A stretch of DNA of 63,991 nucleotides, filler included, from Rozella allomycis CSF55 (taxonomy: Eukaryota), in the NCBI GenBank assembly GCA_000442015.1. It is 14 parts of 14 records of this genome, joined end to end, with 100 filler letters (N's around TTAATTAATTAA, not from the genome) between each part and the next. Parts side by side here need not be neighbours in the genome. Positions count along the whole stretch, not along the records: positions 14,378 to 29,955 come from KE560505.1; positions 30,056 to 49,396 come from KE560506.1; 12 more parts are not named here. One strand, 5' to 3'. The position numbers were made by a program, and so were the translations under genes. How positions within the stretch are numbered: position 1 is the first letter of the stretch; every line of letters begins with the position of its first letter. Shown here piece after piece: positions 24,828 through 40,569 of this stretch. The notes beneath the pieces are model-generated. The model made no database searches and was not told the origin of the DNA. It saw only the letters and a list, made by a program, of their open reading frames with translations.

Positions 24828-27800
24828 ATGATAAACAATGAAATAGTTGAAGCAACTGGAGATCCCGAGATTGATCCGTCTGAACAAAATGAAAATGGAG
24901 TAGCAGATTTAGAAATCATAAATGATGATGATGAACCAGGTGTTACCAACTTGGAAGATATAGATGAAACCAACGCCATAACAGAACAATCTCCTGATGA
25001 ATTTGTGAATGATATGGTCGGTAATTTGACGTATAATCTATTATTTAGAGAATAACAAAGATATTGCGATAGTTACAGAGATTGACAATTCAGCGTTTAC
25101 AACAAACCTTGAAGACGTTTCAGGAAGTACCGAAAATGTGGACGTTATACAAATTCTACCAACAAATAACACAACAGTTGAAGGTCAAGTCAACGAGGGA
25201 GATCTAGCTAGTTCTATAAGTGATCTGTCTAGTAGAAATAGATCTACATCAAAGTCTCTTGAATTCAGTAAAAATCCAGAGGCGGAAAATAATGTGGAGA
25301 TCACTGCTTTGGAGAACACTAATGAAACAGGCCAAGATGAAAATAATGATTTAATTTTGAAGAATATGATCGATTTGGTCGAATCATACATACCAGATGA
25401 TACCTTGGGCAATAAAGCCGATAATAAAAATCTCTTAGTTGATGTTCCCGAGGTTTATAAAGTTGAAGAAAAAATAAAAAATGTAGTGAACCAACCATCC
25501 GCGTTGGGAAAGGTTGATAAATATCCTTCAGCATCTGGTAAAGCAAGACATTTATTATAAACTAGATCTTCCTTCTTTAAACGAAAAGAATGAGATTAAA
25601 ACAAAATACAACACTGTTATTGGGAACACTACTGCAAACTCTCAAGAAGAAAAGACGCCGAATGTTTTGAAAACAGAGATTACAGCTAATATAAACAGCG
25701 AGACTAATTCATTTATTAATACTCAAGTATCAAAATCAAGTAATGAGTTTATTAAATGTATATTGAGATTCAGAAAAGAGTCAAGTGTCCAATTTAACAA
25801 AGAAATCAAGTACAGACTCGATTTCCAAAGGGGGTACGATAAATAATATGTTTACAAAGATACAATGAAATCAGAAAATTCTTTAACTAGGGGAAGAGAA
25901 TCAATTGCTTCTACAACGACGACTGGTACTTTTAGGAAAGGATTGAGGCATAAGAGACAGATGTCAAAGATTCAAGGGTCGGCTAGTCCTAACATATCCG
26001 AAACGAATGAAAATGACGATAAACAAGCAAATGAAAATGCGGTCCAAACCAATGAAAATTTAGCCAAACCAAACGAAAATGTGCTCAAAACAAATGTTGC
26101 TAAATTGTTACTGGTAGATGCTCAAGTTCAAACTGCAACATATGAATTCTTGAATCAAGGAGAAACTACACCAAGAGCTGTCCCTTCATTGAAGAAATTA
26201 GGTTCAGCAATTTTGGATGAAGAAGTAAAAATTTTTCATTTTTCAAATGTGAGATAGGAAGATCTCTTTTAGACTTGCGAAAACCAAAAGAATTTCGGTC
26301 GTTACATGATCTTAGAAGTAGTAAAGCAGACCTTGGATCCAGAAAATTAACAATGAATAAAAAGAGAAAGTAATGATATGAATATATCTTAACCAAAGAA
26401 ATAGAAAACCAATTGAAAACCAAAGAGCGGGAAAGGGATGGTTGGGACTAAAGATTCTTGAAATGAAGAAATGGTGGAATAGGAGCGAGAATCAGAAAGT
26501 GAAAAAGAATTCTTATTTCTTTCCGATAATGACTGGATCAATTCGTTACATTGAAGGCAAATTTGGTTCTTCAATAGCTTCCTATTTTGCTCTATCTCGA
26601 TGGATTTTTATGATGAATGTTTTGTTCTCTTTGATTTGGCTCGGATCATTCTTTTTTCCTGGATCTCTACAGCAGGATTGGTCTGTGTTTGGCCAATACA
26701 AATTTGGAATCCTAAATTTAGTTAATGGCGATGAAGCGTATCTGTACTCCATTTTCTTTTATGGGGCTTACCCAACAAATACTAATTATTACAATTTTCA
26801 ATTAGCTCATATAGCTTTGATTTTGGTGTTTCTTGGTGTGAGTCTACTCAGCATTGTTACAACGTATTAACGATATGCATATTTTAATTATAGGGTTAAA
26901 AGTCAGTATTTGTCTAGAACTGATTCACTTGAAGTAGATAAAGCTAGAGTCTTTGCCTTGACAACATTCTCTTCATGGGATTTTTCAATATCCTCAGAAC
27001 AAGCCAAACAAAATCTTCACTCGGCCATTGGAACCAAATTTAAGGTAAAAGCTAATATATGTATTTTCAAAGACATTGCTGGGTGAAAATGAAATACAAA
27101 GAAAGAAACAAATGCTAACCATCGGCGATAAAATATTCAGATACTTTTTAAGATCCCTTTCAAATATATTTATAATCTTGTTGTATTTCACCGCAGCTAT
27201 TGTCATTGCCATAAACATCAAAGCTGATGCTAAATCAAAAGATTCAACGGCTGATTTTACTCTTCCTTTTATTGGAAATATTCCTGATAGTTTATTTAAC
27301 ATTTTTCAAAAGATTCCTCCAACTTTATCTATTTCTGTTTTAAATATTGTAATGACTACTCTATTTTACTACATTGGTGGATTTGAAGAATGGGATGATC
27401 CAACTTTTGAAACAAACATTTTGATTGCTCGTTCATTCGTCTTTAAAATAGCATCCATTGGAATGATTGTTTTTACTCTGTGGGGTACAATAGATGGAAA
27501 CAAAAATGGTCCAAAAATTCTTCCAGTATTAAGATTTAAAGCCTTCCATTTAGGTTGATAAATGTTGGGAAAATCGATTTGGTCAAAAGTTTTATCAGTT
27601 AGCTTGGACTGATTTTTTGGTTACTTTTGCTACTACCATCGCTATTCCTGCCATCAAATATTACATTGTAGTTAAAAAGCCCGGAGAATTTGATATCGCT
27701 GCTAATATCCTGGAACTAGTTTATCGACAAGCTATTGTGTGGTTTGGAACCCCCTTTTGTCCAATACTTCCATTCCTCTCAATGGTTGCAAACTTAATCT

Positions 27801-28294
27801 TGTTTCACGTTAAAAAGCTTTCATTGGTTCGATTTACAGCACCGCCTAAGAGAATTTACAGTTCCTATAAACAGAGTATTTATTTTATGTTGTTCATGTT
27901 AACCACACTCATTTTTATGATGCTTTTATTAGGATTTGTGCTGACAACGTAATATAATCAATTTTAAACAACAGGGTCATTACTAGTTGTGGACCACACA
28001 AGTCTGTGCGTTTAATTACAGATTACATTAACCAAGTTATTGCGACAATGCCGGATACTTGGAATTATATTTTTTCGTTTATTGGAACTATTGGGTTTCT
28101 TATCCCATTTATTTTGTGTCTTGGGTATGGCATATAAAGAGTTTTAAAATAGATTATGGGTTTACTACTTGCTAGCAATAGGATACAAGAGGAATGAGGG
28201 TATAAAGTGGCTGCAAAAGGAATTAAACACCGAAAGAGAAGATAAACGTCATTTACTAAGATTGTATTCCAAAAATCAAGATAAAATCGAATAG
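24828..28294 (+). CDS. Transmembrane channel-like (TMC family) protein with long disordered N-terminus
   Basis: IRYIEGKFGSSIASYF, CWENRFGQKFYQL, FDIAANILELVYRQAIVWFGTPFCPILP, SCGP; ~11 tiny introns; start uncertain. Confidence 0.88.
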
Positions 28295-28343
28295 ATTTCT
28301 TATTTTTTCAATTTAATTATCTTTTACATCAAAATTTTTTAAT

Positions 28344-29830
28344 TTATTTAAATACCGCAAATGATACCAAGTGCGTAACACTGACTGTTTTCTCAAAGAT
28401 TGAATATCGAAGAACACAGAGTGGACTGCTTTCCTTGTCATTCTCTTCTAAACCATGCATTTTCAGTAAATGATGGAAATCTGCATCAGAAAGGATTTCT
28501 ACTTAACCTACACATTAAATTTTACCATTCTGAATGTCATTGTTTGCGGAAATCGACATACCAACAGACTTTGCAAAATTTAATAGATCAGTAGGCATTT
28601 CGCATTTGCTTTGCAATGTTATTTGATTAGATACTGGCTTTTTCTATATCATATATATCACTTTTTATACCTTGACTTTATGGACAAACGATTTCAATCC
28701 CTCCAATTCTAAATCACATACGCCAAGACTTTTTATCAAATCAATTTCTTCTAAAACCTACTCAGAGATTATTATTTTGATTACGGCATAATTTTTATAG
28801 TACAAATTTTCATTAAATTTTTCCTTTTCCTTATTAACAAACGCTAACGTAAGTTGATCAAAGTATTGAATTCCCAGCTTTTCGTCAATAAACTTTATAA
28901 TGAATTCTATATCCTCTTTTTTGACAGCATTTCTCATATTCACATATAACTTGGCTAGTTTGAATTTTGAATGACGTCATTACCGTTGACAGAAAAATCG
29001 TTTCTATGCAAAGGATCAATGTAATACATATGCGACTGGTCAAACAAGCATTTTGTGCATGTTTCACTGTCCAATTCTAATACGGGGCGCCGTTCCAACG
29101 TATCCTTCAAAGCGTGATAAGCTGAGAGGTGATTCAAAGAGTTTCGTTTTCTCTCGATTTTAGTTTCATTGTCAGGCGAGTTTGCGGAATTTTCTTCTGA
29201 TGGTCGTCTATATCGTCCTGTTTTCATGACGTTTCCAGTAGAAATTAATAAACTCATATGACCGGCGCAGAAGTAAGCCACTCGAAAGAAAATCTCAGAA
29301 ATGTCTATATTTGCAAATCTGTTTTTATTAATTATTGAAAATATGAAAAACTAGCTTGATATTCTTCTATCGAAAGCTCAATTTTTTCCAACAAATCCAA
29401 ATCACAATCCAGGCAAGAAGCGGTAACCATTGACTCAAAAGCAGACTCCCACATTTCCACTTGTTCATAGCATTTGCCTTTGTAATACCATGCCAGTGAG
29501 GTAGGTTTTAGCATAATTGATTGACTCAAATCGTGTATTGCCTATGCGAAGAAAAGGTGACCTATTTATTACTTGGTGAAAACAACGTAGGCAACAGTAG
29601 CATATCGAACGATTAAAAAACATATCTGTTCCGTCATTGATGTCAAAATCTTCGCAATAGTTTAACGCCTGGGAATAGTATATAATAGCCTTTGCAAATT
29701 CGTGGTTAGACAATTCTAAGTTACCCGCTACCAAAAATTCCTTTCCAAAATAGTTCGCTAAATCTTTCATGGAGGTTAAGAAATCGTTTGGAATTAAGCT
29801 TTACCAGTCATGGCTGCGCACGTATTCATC
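28344..29830 (-). CDS. TPR-repeat hypothetical protein
   Basis: GN..F..AIIYYSQAL, FFNRSICY, AWYYKGKCY; multi-exon; 5' end uncertain. Confidence 0.55.
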
Positions 29831-30055
29831 AGTTATCTAGCACTCTTTGGCATTGGACTTTTGTTGTTAAAGCCCATACACACGGTTGATTACTTATATG
29901 GAACACATGATGAAAATGTATTGGAACTGGGATTCAAGAATTGACAATGTTTTCTNNNNNNNNNNNNNNNNNNNNNNNNNNNNNNNNNNNNNNNNNNNNT
30001 TAATTAATTAANNNNNNNNNNNNNNNNNNNNNNNNNNNNNNNNNNNNNNNNNNNN

Positions 30056-32225
30056 AGATTTCTTGTTGAAAATGCTGGAGTGAATAATTTTGTGCAAGAA
30101 AGGATTAAAAGAATAGAAGAAAAGGATGAAAAGTTTGTTGAGAGTGTTTTGTATGAAGCTAATTGTGGAGATTTAATAATTGGAGTTTTTGTTGTTGATA
30201 TTTTTAAAGATAAAAGAAATAGTTTGTCTATAAGCCATCCATTTAATCTTTATAATTATTTTGAGATTGAATGTCCCATGGATTCTGATGGCGTCAATTT
30301 GAAACATGGAAGAATTGAAACATTTTTTATTGATTTGAACTTTTATGGGAAAACTAGACTTTTCTTAAAAGAAATTTGTAGAAGAGCGAAATTGGATTGT
30401 TTGTTTTTCTGTTTAGATCCAGAAAAGAAAGCTTATGAGAATAGCATTATGAATAGTTTCACTTGGAGTGTTAAACCCAAGAGATTTATAGCTCATAGTG
30501 ATACACATTCACATCCAGGGTTTTCAGTTAGATTTTTTTCATTGAATGCCAGCCAAGATTTAAAAATAGATATAAATTCAAGCATTGTGTTGGTTGGATG
30601 TTCAGATGTTTCAATTTCAATGTTAGAAACATTTTTATTGGTAATTTGAATGGTTATGGGTTAATTTAGAATAGAAATTACAATTTCAGAAATTTAACAA
30701 TAATTTCACCATTTGGAATTGAAGAGAAACAATGTTATTGGAATGGAGAATATTCTAAAGAGAAATTGGATAGATTAGGGTTATTTCATTCTCTTAATGT
30801 TGTAGCTCAAAATTTAGTTGGAATTGATAGAGATAAAAAGATTGTTTCAACTGAATTTGGATTAAATCTCAATTATGATTATTTAGTTTTAGCTACAGGG
30901 GTTGAATACAATCAATTGGAATTTTTAAAAGATTGTGATTCTCAAAATGGGGTCTTTAATTTCAACAGATCCATTTTAGAAGATTTAACTAGAGAACTTC
31001 AAAGAGAACTTCACCAAGAAGTGGCAATGTAATTTCTGCTTAAATTTAAATAAAGATTCACAAATGACTTGCATGGATTAGCTGCTGTTTCATTGGCTAC
31101 TGATCTTGGCATTCCTTTACAAAAGATTTCTTTAATCTTCAATGAAATAAATCAAAATGAATTTCTTTCAGTATTTCTAATTCTTTCAATAAAAAAGGAA
31201 ATTGAATTATTAAAGCACAATGGACTGAAAATTTACAATTCTAAAATAAAAGAATGCAAATTTCAAGATTCTAGAATGAATTCAATCATTCTAGACAATC
31301 AAGATGAACTACAATGCAATCTATTCATAAATGCATCAAATAAACAACCATCAACCCAAATGATCAATATTTTAAATCAATCTTTTTTAACTGTTGACGC
31401 AAAACTAATAATCGATCAGAATTGTAAAACAAACGATAATTTCATGTAACTTACAAGGGTTTTAAATATAGATACGCTGCTGGCCCATTAACAAGATTCA
31501 GTTCCAAATACAACACTCTATGGGAACACTCATTCTTAAATTCTAGGCAGGTAGGTATCAACTTGGCTAATCGCATCATTCGTTTAACCACTAAAGACAA
31601 TTCAGATCCATTCCTAGACTTTGAATCTTACTACTCTGATCCAATAGTCCTTAATCATTCCCTTCCAAGTAAATTCTTCTCATTTCGTTAATCAGTGCAA
31701 AGAATGCTCCTAGACATTAAAAAACCTCTCATCCCTCATCTGAAACTTGAAACCCCCGTCAAAAAGATTGAATCAAATGCTAATAACCAATACTGCTCTC
31801 TAGAAATCAATGCAAATGGCTACATTCAAAGAATCACAATTTTGGCTTCCGAAGCAAACATGAAAACTAAAAATTACAGCTTTCTGTACAACAAACACCA
31901 CAAGCTACTCCTAAATCTTTTATCTCGGTATGAAGATGGACTTGTTCCAGATTTACTGCAGTAATTGTCTTGTTTCACCTCTATTAGATTCATTAATAAT
32001 CTGGCCAATTACCATTTGTACAGTCAAGATGTTGAAGATTTATATCATGAATTGGGATCTATTATATCTGGTCAGGCTGATAATCCTGTTATTGAGAAAA
32101 TTAGAAACGCGCAAACTATTTCATCCAGGGAAATGCTCGAATTGTTCAATGAATGGCAACAGTTTGGTGTTAGGGAAACATTGCATGATCGGGTTATTGA
32201 ATACGTCAACACAGTAAGCATTTAA
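30056..32225 (+). CDS. CFAP61: Cilia/flagella-associated protein 61, 5' partial
   Basis: IVLVGCSDVSISMLETF, YDYLVLATG, LNQSFLTVDAKLIIDQNCKTND..IYAAGPLTRFS. Confidence 0.8.
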
Positions 32226-32395
32226 TAAAGACACTTCCATTGTGACCATTTTTGGCATTCTTAATTATAAATTTATAATATGGCATACAAATTACAAATA
32301 TCCTCTATGCTATTAGTGTCGAATTCATTTTTACATTGAACAATTATGAGATCATTTAACCGTTAAAATTAGAAATTCGCCGACTGTCATTTTTT

Positions 32396-34286
32396 ATGGA
32401 TCAGCACAGTTTATTAAAATCATTGGACGCCTTTTTAAATACCGAAAATGAAAAATCAAATATCTGGAGTCAATTCCTAGCCGATTACTCAAACTGCAAA
32501 TTTGGTGAAAGCTTAACCGGTAAAGTCCAAGAATTGGATGCTCGTTTGAAGGATTGTAATTTTTTGGATGAAACTTGCGAAACTAGAAATCTTATTTTGG
32601 AGCTCGTCGAGTCGATTAAATCAATTGTCGATGACAAGGCAAGAGTCTTGGAAGTAGCCAAGGAAGAAGAGACTGGCGTTGAGATTGAAGAAAATAAAGG
32701 ATTTGACAATGGCAACGATAACTGTAACAGTCGTGACAATCAACTTGAAGAAATTGAGCACGAAAATCAAATTGAAGAAAACAATGACTACGAAAATAAT
32801 CATGTATCAGTACATGAAAATTCAATTGAAAAGAACGAAGAAAAAGATCATGTATCAGTACATGAAAATTCAACTGAAAACAACGAGGACAATGAAGAGA
32901 GTCCTGAAAATACGATCCGTCACCTGAAAAACACTGTAGAGGAAAGCAAAGAATCATGCTACATGTCATTTAAATCAATCAACAACAATTCTGAAAAGGA
33001 AGACATCACTGTTATCCCAGAAATGGAACCCAATGAAGCCGATAAACAAGCACGGGTTTTTCCGAAACCAGAATACACCCCGGAATTGCAGCAAAGAACA
33101 GAGACTCTAGAAAGCAGATGGCGGGTCAAACAAGGACTGAAATCAGTGTACACCACTCAAAGGCCTGCATTCGGTAAACCGCTAGACAAGAAGCCCGAAG
33201 TGAATCGAATTCCGAATTCGCCCTTGTCTATTCCACTTGGATTGCAACTGCCAAGTCCGATACCGCCCAGGCAGAGCAACGAAAATGAAAGCGAGAATTT
33301 TGAAGATGCACAAGAAATTAAAGAAAGAACAATGATCTTGTCTATAGCGTCGCTGGCAGAACCACCCGAGCTGCTGAAACCTGAAGAAATGACAAGGAAA
33401 TTTAATTATCGGTTTAAAGGAGCGGCGGCTTTAAAATATTCTTTGAACTTTACTTCGAACCAGGCTGCCTGCATAGAATTCAATGGCAATTCAATTTACA
33501 ATATCAATTTAAAGAATGCAAAGAAGGGGTAATTTTGCTCTTTTCATTTTTAATTTAGTACTATTACTANGTCCAATACCGCCCAGGCAGAGCAACGAAA
33601 ATGAAGGCGAGAGTTTTGAAGATGCACAAGAGATTAAAGAAAGAACAATGATCTTGTCTATAGCGTCGCTGGCAGAACCTCCCGAGCTGCTGAAACCTGA
33701 AGAAATGACAAGGAAATTCAATTATCGGTTTAAAGGAGCGGCGGCTTTAAAATATTCTTTGAACTTTACTTCGAGCCAGGCTGCCTGCATAGAATTCAAT
33801 GGCAATTCAATTTATAATATCAATCTAAAGAATGCAAAGAAGGGGTACGTTTGCTCATTTCAGACTTAATTTAGTACTATTACTATATGTCCACCATATG
33901 ATACCAAACAGGTAGTGTGGAAACTTGTCAAAACGGCTCTCTGCGTCCAGATCTTTTATCAGGATCGGCTAGTTGGTGAGTATACGGAAGAATCAAGTTT
34001 CAGAACCATTTTGAAGGTTTGTGGTCAAAATGAAACTTTCAATCAATTTATGAAAACAAATGAACAGAAAGAAGTCTATTCGGAACCTCAAATATCCATT
34101 GTTGGGGAATATGAAAGCGGCCAAACTTTTGCTGTCATTCACCTGCCTGAATCTAGGGAACAAAAGCTTATTGGACAATGCTCAAAACAGAACGACTGTT
34201 ACCAACTTGAAATTGATGACGTTGGATTCTCGGAACTGCTAGTAGTGGTTATTGCATCACTAATCAATGGTTTAGGTAGAAAATAA
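32396..34286 (+). CDS. Hypothetical protein with acidic N-terminus and possible tubby/LURP/scramblase-like C-terminus; contains an assembly duplication
   Basis: 378-aa ORF plus a spliced 3' exon; fold call is a guess. Confidence 0.5.
33255..33885. repeat. ~315-bp tandem duplication joined by one N (33570), probably allelic
   Basis: Two near-identical copies of the same exon end and intron with several substitutions. Confidence 0.85.
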
Positions 34287-34413
34287 ATGAATAAATATTA
34301 TTGTACATTGACAAGTCAAACAAATTAGATGCTCAAAAAGCTTTGCATGCTTACGAGAATTAAATGATAAAAATTTTAATATGAAAATAGAAACCGAATG
34401 AATAACCAAAACT

Positions 34414-35160
34414 TTATAAATTTGAACACCTTAAATTGCGAGACATTGCGTATTTATAATGAGTGTCATTGATTCTAGAAAGGTCTAAACAATTATTAAA
34501 ATCTCCAGAGGCATCATAATTGCATGAATCACAGCATACGAGCACATTATTATCTTTAATTGAAATTGTAAATCCCATCTCTGATACAACTCTCAAGTCA
34601 TACCCTTGGAATCCAGAGCTGTAGTTCAACAATTGTTCTAATCTTTTATTGGCAGCGATTTTCTTTGCGCATAACACTGCTTGGTGCAGATATCCCATGA
34701 AATCATCTGCTTCACTTTTGCCTTTTAAGTTGACTTAATCCCTTTACTTGCGAATTCACAGCAACAAATCGATGGAATAGACAAATATTGCTCCGAGTAC
34801 ACCGTTAATTTCTCATATCGAGTCGCTGCGAATTCAGGAAATCGTTTAACCCAATTTGTATTGCAACAATGGAAACATACACGCAAATCGTCTTTTCTCG
34901 AAACCCAATGGTCGTTCGGCGGGACTAATATTTAAAAAAGGTTATATTACTTGAAAAATTAACAAGAACACATTTCATTCCCGCTAAACTCCAAACGCAC
35001 AGAACGGGATTGAGATATTCGTCAACTTGAGTGAATAAATATTCTGATTGCCCAAGGCATTGCCACTCGTCATCGAGAATTTTGTAAAATTTATTTATTG
35101 TTCTTTAAATGCTAAATTAATGGTTTACCTAGTCTCATCGATTTCTTTTGGCCTAATCAT
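34414..35160 (-). CDS. Cys-rich hypothetical protein
   Basis: Removing three ~26-nt GT-AG introns gives a continuous ~220-aa frame; no family recognised. Confidence 0.5.
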
Positions 35161-35450
35161 CACGCTGATTTTGTAAATATCGATTATTATAAATCTCAAT
35201 TTTCTTCCACAAGAGTAAAACTCCGAGAGCGGTTTCTTATTAAACGTGAGTCAAAGGTTAGAATAAGCGCTCTTAACTGAATCCGGGAACTAGCTAATCA
35301 ATATCTGGGGTCCGAGATAGTATAAGTAATATCATTTTCTTTTAGCAAGTCAAAAATGAAGAGTGACAGAAATGATGAATATATAGGAATTAAAGAGACA
35401 TCATATGAATTACATTATAATGTTTATTCTTTAATTTTTTAATAATACTC

Positions 35451-36962
<1,512 letters not shown>

Positions 36963-37048
36963 TTCAATGAAATGTAATTTTCTAAATACCCGCCTTTTCG
37001 AAGACGAAAATTTGTAACCTTGTACCAAATTTAAAATTCAAGCGAAAC

Positions 37049-38067
37049 TTATTTTATTAAATTAGCCGTCATTGACGAAGGCATGCAGTACACAGGGTCA
37101 ACCCCATTCAAATCAGGATATCCGAGTAATGAGAGTCCCGCCAATCCAAAAAGAGTGTGAAATACGTCCGGCATGTCATTTGGACGATCCGAAAATCCGC
37201 CTTTTTCGAGATCCTGGCATGATAGGATGAACTCTATGAGTTTTTCTTTGTTAATCCAATCCACCTTCCCTAGCATGCTCAGAGATGAAAGCACCCACCA
37301 AGAATAACACACCTATTTCAAGGACGTAAAGCAAAATGTACGTCTTCCAATTTCTCTGGTCGGCCGTTGAGCCCGCCACATTTTAGTTGCCTCTCAGAGA
37401 GCCACCAAGCCAATTCGTCTACATTGACTAAATGTAATTTTTTTAATATCTTTAATGACCCTACACAACAAAACGCTATCACTTTGAAATGAATGATATA
37501 CCTTGAGCCGCATGACTTTCAGATCCAGGAATGGCACCAAAGCTATGATCAAAATTTTGGCACTTTAGAATAAATTCAACAGCCTTATCGGTATCTATAG
37601 ATTCGAGACTGCCTAGAATAGACAGCGTAGAAATAGCGCAATATGAAAACCTTGTATCGATTTCACCCCATTCATCACCAGCGAATGATCCATTTTCCTG
37701 TTGAAGACTTTTTACGTCTGATAGATTGATAAAACGCTGACTTACAATTTATGACTTTATCTTTGTCGATGACATTCAAGGCATCGTACATAAAAAGGAT
37801 CTGTACCGCACTCAATGTATACAGGATGTGAGGATCATGGCCAGCATTTCCACCGAAACCTCCAACTTCCGGCTGGTAGCATGACATGACAAAATCAATA
37901 ATCTGTTCTTTTGGAAAAGGAAGCTCGTCAGACAAAATGAATAATGCTGTAACACCCCAATAAACGCCGGATACACGTAGCTGTTCTGTGAACCAATACG
38001 AGAGTTCGTCCTTTCTATCATTCAGAGTTTTTATATATTCTATATGAACTTTTTTATCAAACGGCAT
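37049..38067 (-). CDS. BET2: Rab geranylgeranyltransferase beta subunit
   Basis: [60 protein letters not shown]. Confidence 0.96.
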
Positions 38068-38116
38068 TTTCGTAAATTTCTGATAACAAGTAAATTCTGA
38101 AACTGCAATTTATTAT

Positions 38117-38812
38117 TCAAATTGATGCCTTTTGAAGTATTTTAGAATAATTTTCAACAATTCTTGAGAATTGATGTGTTTTGGACACCATGAAACCCTT
38201 TTTAAGTAAAATCAATATCATTACCCATATCACACAGCAAAGACCAGATATAATCCAAGTAAAAGTGGTAATTGCACCAATCTCTTTTGAGCATGCTTCT
38301 AACGCGACATGAAACATCTTTGGATCTGGAACGATACTGTTAGAAGTAAGGTATTCGCGGCCTATAAATTCGCATATTGCATCTTGATTAATGGTCATCT
38401 GGGTTAATATAATGAAAATCAAGACAGAGCCAAAGATTAGCTCAATCCTGCTTAATAAACTAAATGTGTAGAGATATTTTGCACTTAGCTTCTTTCATTC
38501 TTAAAATCAATTTACTTTGTAATTAGCAAAGAGTCCACAGACATACATGAATACGCACCAAGAACCAAACGAAATCCACAATAAAACAAAGTATTCGTCA
38601 AAAATGGAAGAAAGTTTTACATAATTTACGATAATGCCGTAAAGCGCAACAGATGAAAGAGCCTTTCTACATTTCTTAATTAGATTACTAGGCCTAGAAA
38701 TGCATGGAACAAACAAAAAGCCTGTAAATTGATAAATCTGAAAATTTTAACAGCAGACGGATGAATTGAATCCACAGATTCGTTAATATTCACTGGTTTG
38801 TAACCCGCCATG
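38117..38812 (-). CDS. Four-TM membrane protein, tetraspanin-like topology
   Basis: Three clustered TM helices, a Cys-containing loop and a fourth TM; two introns. Confidence 0.45.
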
Positions 38813-38887
38813 TTGATTGTTTTGGGGCGCAGCGGAGATTAAACAATAGATAAAAGAAGCAGAAGTATAATTAATGAAAAGTTAACT

Positions 38888-40296
38888 TTATGCGTGTATT
38901 GTTTTGCCAAATAGAGATACAAACAAATCTGAAATTTTATCATCGGGCCATTTTTGATTATCGATGACAGGTGCCATAAAATTCTGAAGCTTTGGGTGAA
39001 CTTCGTACCTAATTTTTCTTCCCTTGCTTGCTTTGCGATCTACGTTTTGTTTCTTTACTTTTGACTGCTTCATTGCCTGATAGCGCATAGTAATGGCTGC
39101 TGGATCATCTAAATTGAATCTATTTTGAATTTGTACTTTGGTCAACCATTTTATTGTTGATGTATTCTCTTAACAATTGCTGATAGAAATCTGTATCGTC
39201 AAATATGTCATCATCATAAAAATGATCCTGGTCATTCTTTTGCATTTCTTTTCCAAAAATTTTGATATCAGATCTCAAAAGTCTAGTTCTTTTAATGAGT
39301 CTCTCTTTATCAGTCATGACATGCTTGACTTGATCCAAAATAGGCTGGTTGATGTTCTTCAACTTTTTCATGGGAACAGCAGATGACATTTGCACTTTGG
39401 AATGCCATTTGTCTAAAGATTCTTTGGTAAACGCTTCAAAACTTTCATAAAAGAAAAATCGCAAATTTACTCTTGATCTACTTTTTGTATATTTTGCCAA
39501 ATATCATCCAAATTTTTGGCTTTTTTCAATTTAGATTTTTTAATTTGATTATTTCCATACAGTCCCTAGTAAATTCTATAGTAAACGCGTACTGTTTTCA
39601 ATTCGAGGAAGTCTCCAATTAATCCCTCCAAGGACTCAGCGATATCATCCATGGGGCATTCTTCCTAAATTAACATTTAATATTTAATTTACTTGTGGCC
39701 ATTGATTCGCATTTAAAAGCAATTTTTGCATTTGTATTCTAACGCCCAAAGAGTCTTCCCAAAGGCCAAGCTGATTTCTAACATGGGTGCTTTTATCAGC
39801 ATCATTGATATTTGATTTTGAGATCATTTGGATTTGATACCTTCAATAACATGAAAGTATTTTAATTACTCTTCTTCATCTTCTATTTGCTTTAATTCTT
39901 TTTTCAAGTCATTGAATCCGCTTCCTTCTTGAATGTCTTCAAATTCGATTTCTTCATCACTTTCCTCCAAAATCTCTCCCATAGGTTCATCATCATCTGA
40001 AAATTCGTCAAACTCGTTCATCTTTTCTANAAAATCCGTCAAACTCGTTCATCTTTTCTAGTGAATTTTCGTCGTCCATGTCATTTCTGGTGATCTTTTT
40101 TCCTCTATATTTTGGATCGTCCAGCTTAACCTGAATGTTTTTTCTAATTTCTGAAACACTAACTCTTGAAAATCAAAGTGTCTTACCCCATATCTATATA
40201 GTGCTCAGTAGACAAGTTATTTTCATTTTCACTTTCACTCTGACTACTTATTATTTCGTCTTCTGGATCGAAATCTTTAAATTTTATATTTTCCAT
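38888..40296 (-). CDS. BFR2: AATF/Bfr2 ribosome biogenesis factor
   Basis: KDFDPED, DIFDDTDFYQQLLRE, VDRKASKGRKIRYEVHPKLQNFMAP. Confidence 0.95.
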
Positions 40297-40330
40297 GAAA
40301 GCCAACCCCGGTTCTAAATAATTTTTAAAA

Positions 40331-40554
40331 ATGCATCTCATGATTTACAATGGCGAGGATGGTAAACGCCGCTACACATTAAAGGTAAAATATTTTTTGA
40401 TAAATAAAGGAAGAAAGTGGCTCCAAATGGAAGTGCTACACGCTCAGCCCACCCTGCTCGATTTTCACCTGACGATAAATATTCAAGACACAGAGTTACA
40501 TTAAAAAAGAGATTCGGATTACTTTTAACTCAACAAGAGGAATTAGAAATGTAA
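40331..40554 (+). CDS. NOP10: H/ACA snoRNP subunit Nop10 (missed by the ORF track)
   Basis: [44 protein letters not shown] after a 29-nt intron. Confidence 0.97.
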
Positions 40555-40569
40555 ATCAGTTTAATAAAT

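Noticed and set aside
28500-28620. Apparent Cys pairs suggesting a MYND finger
   Set aside because: They are in a non-coding frame; the spliced frame lacks them.
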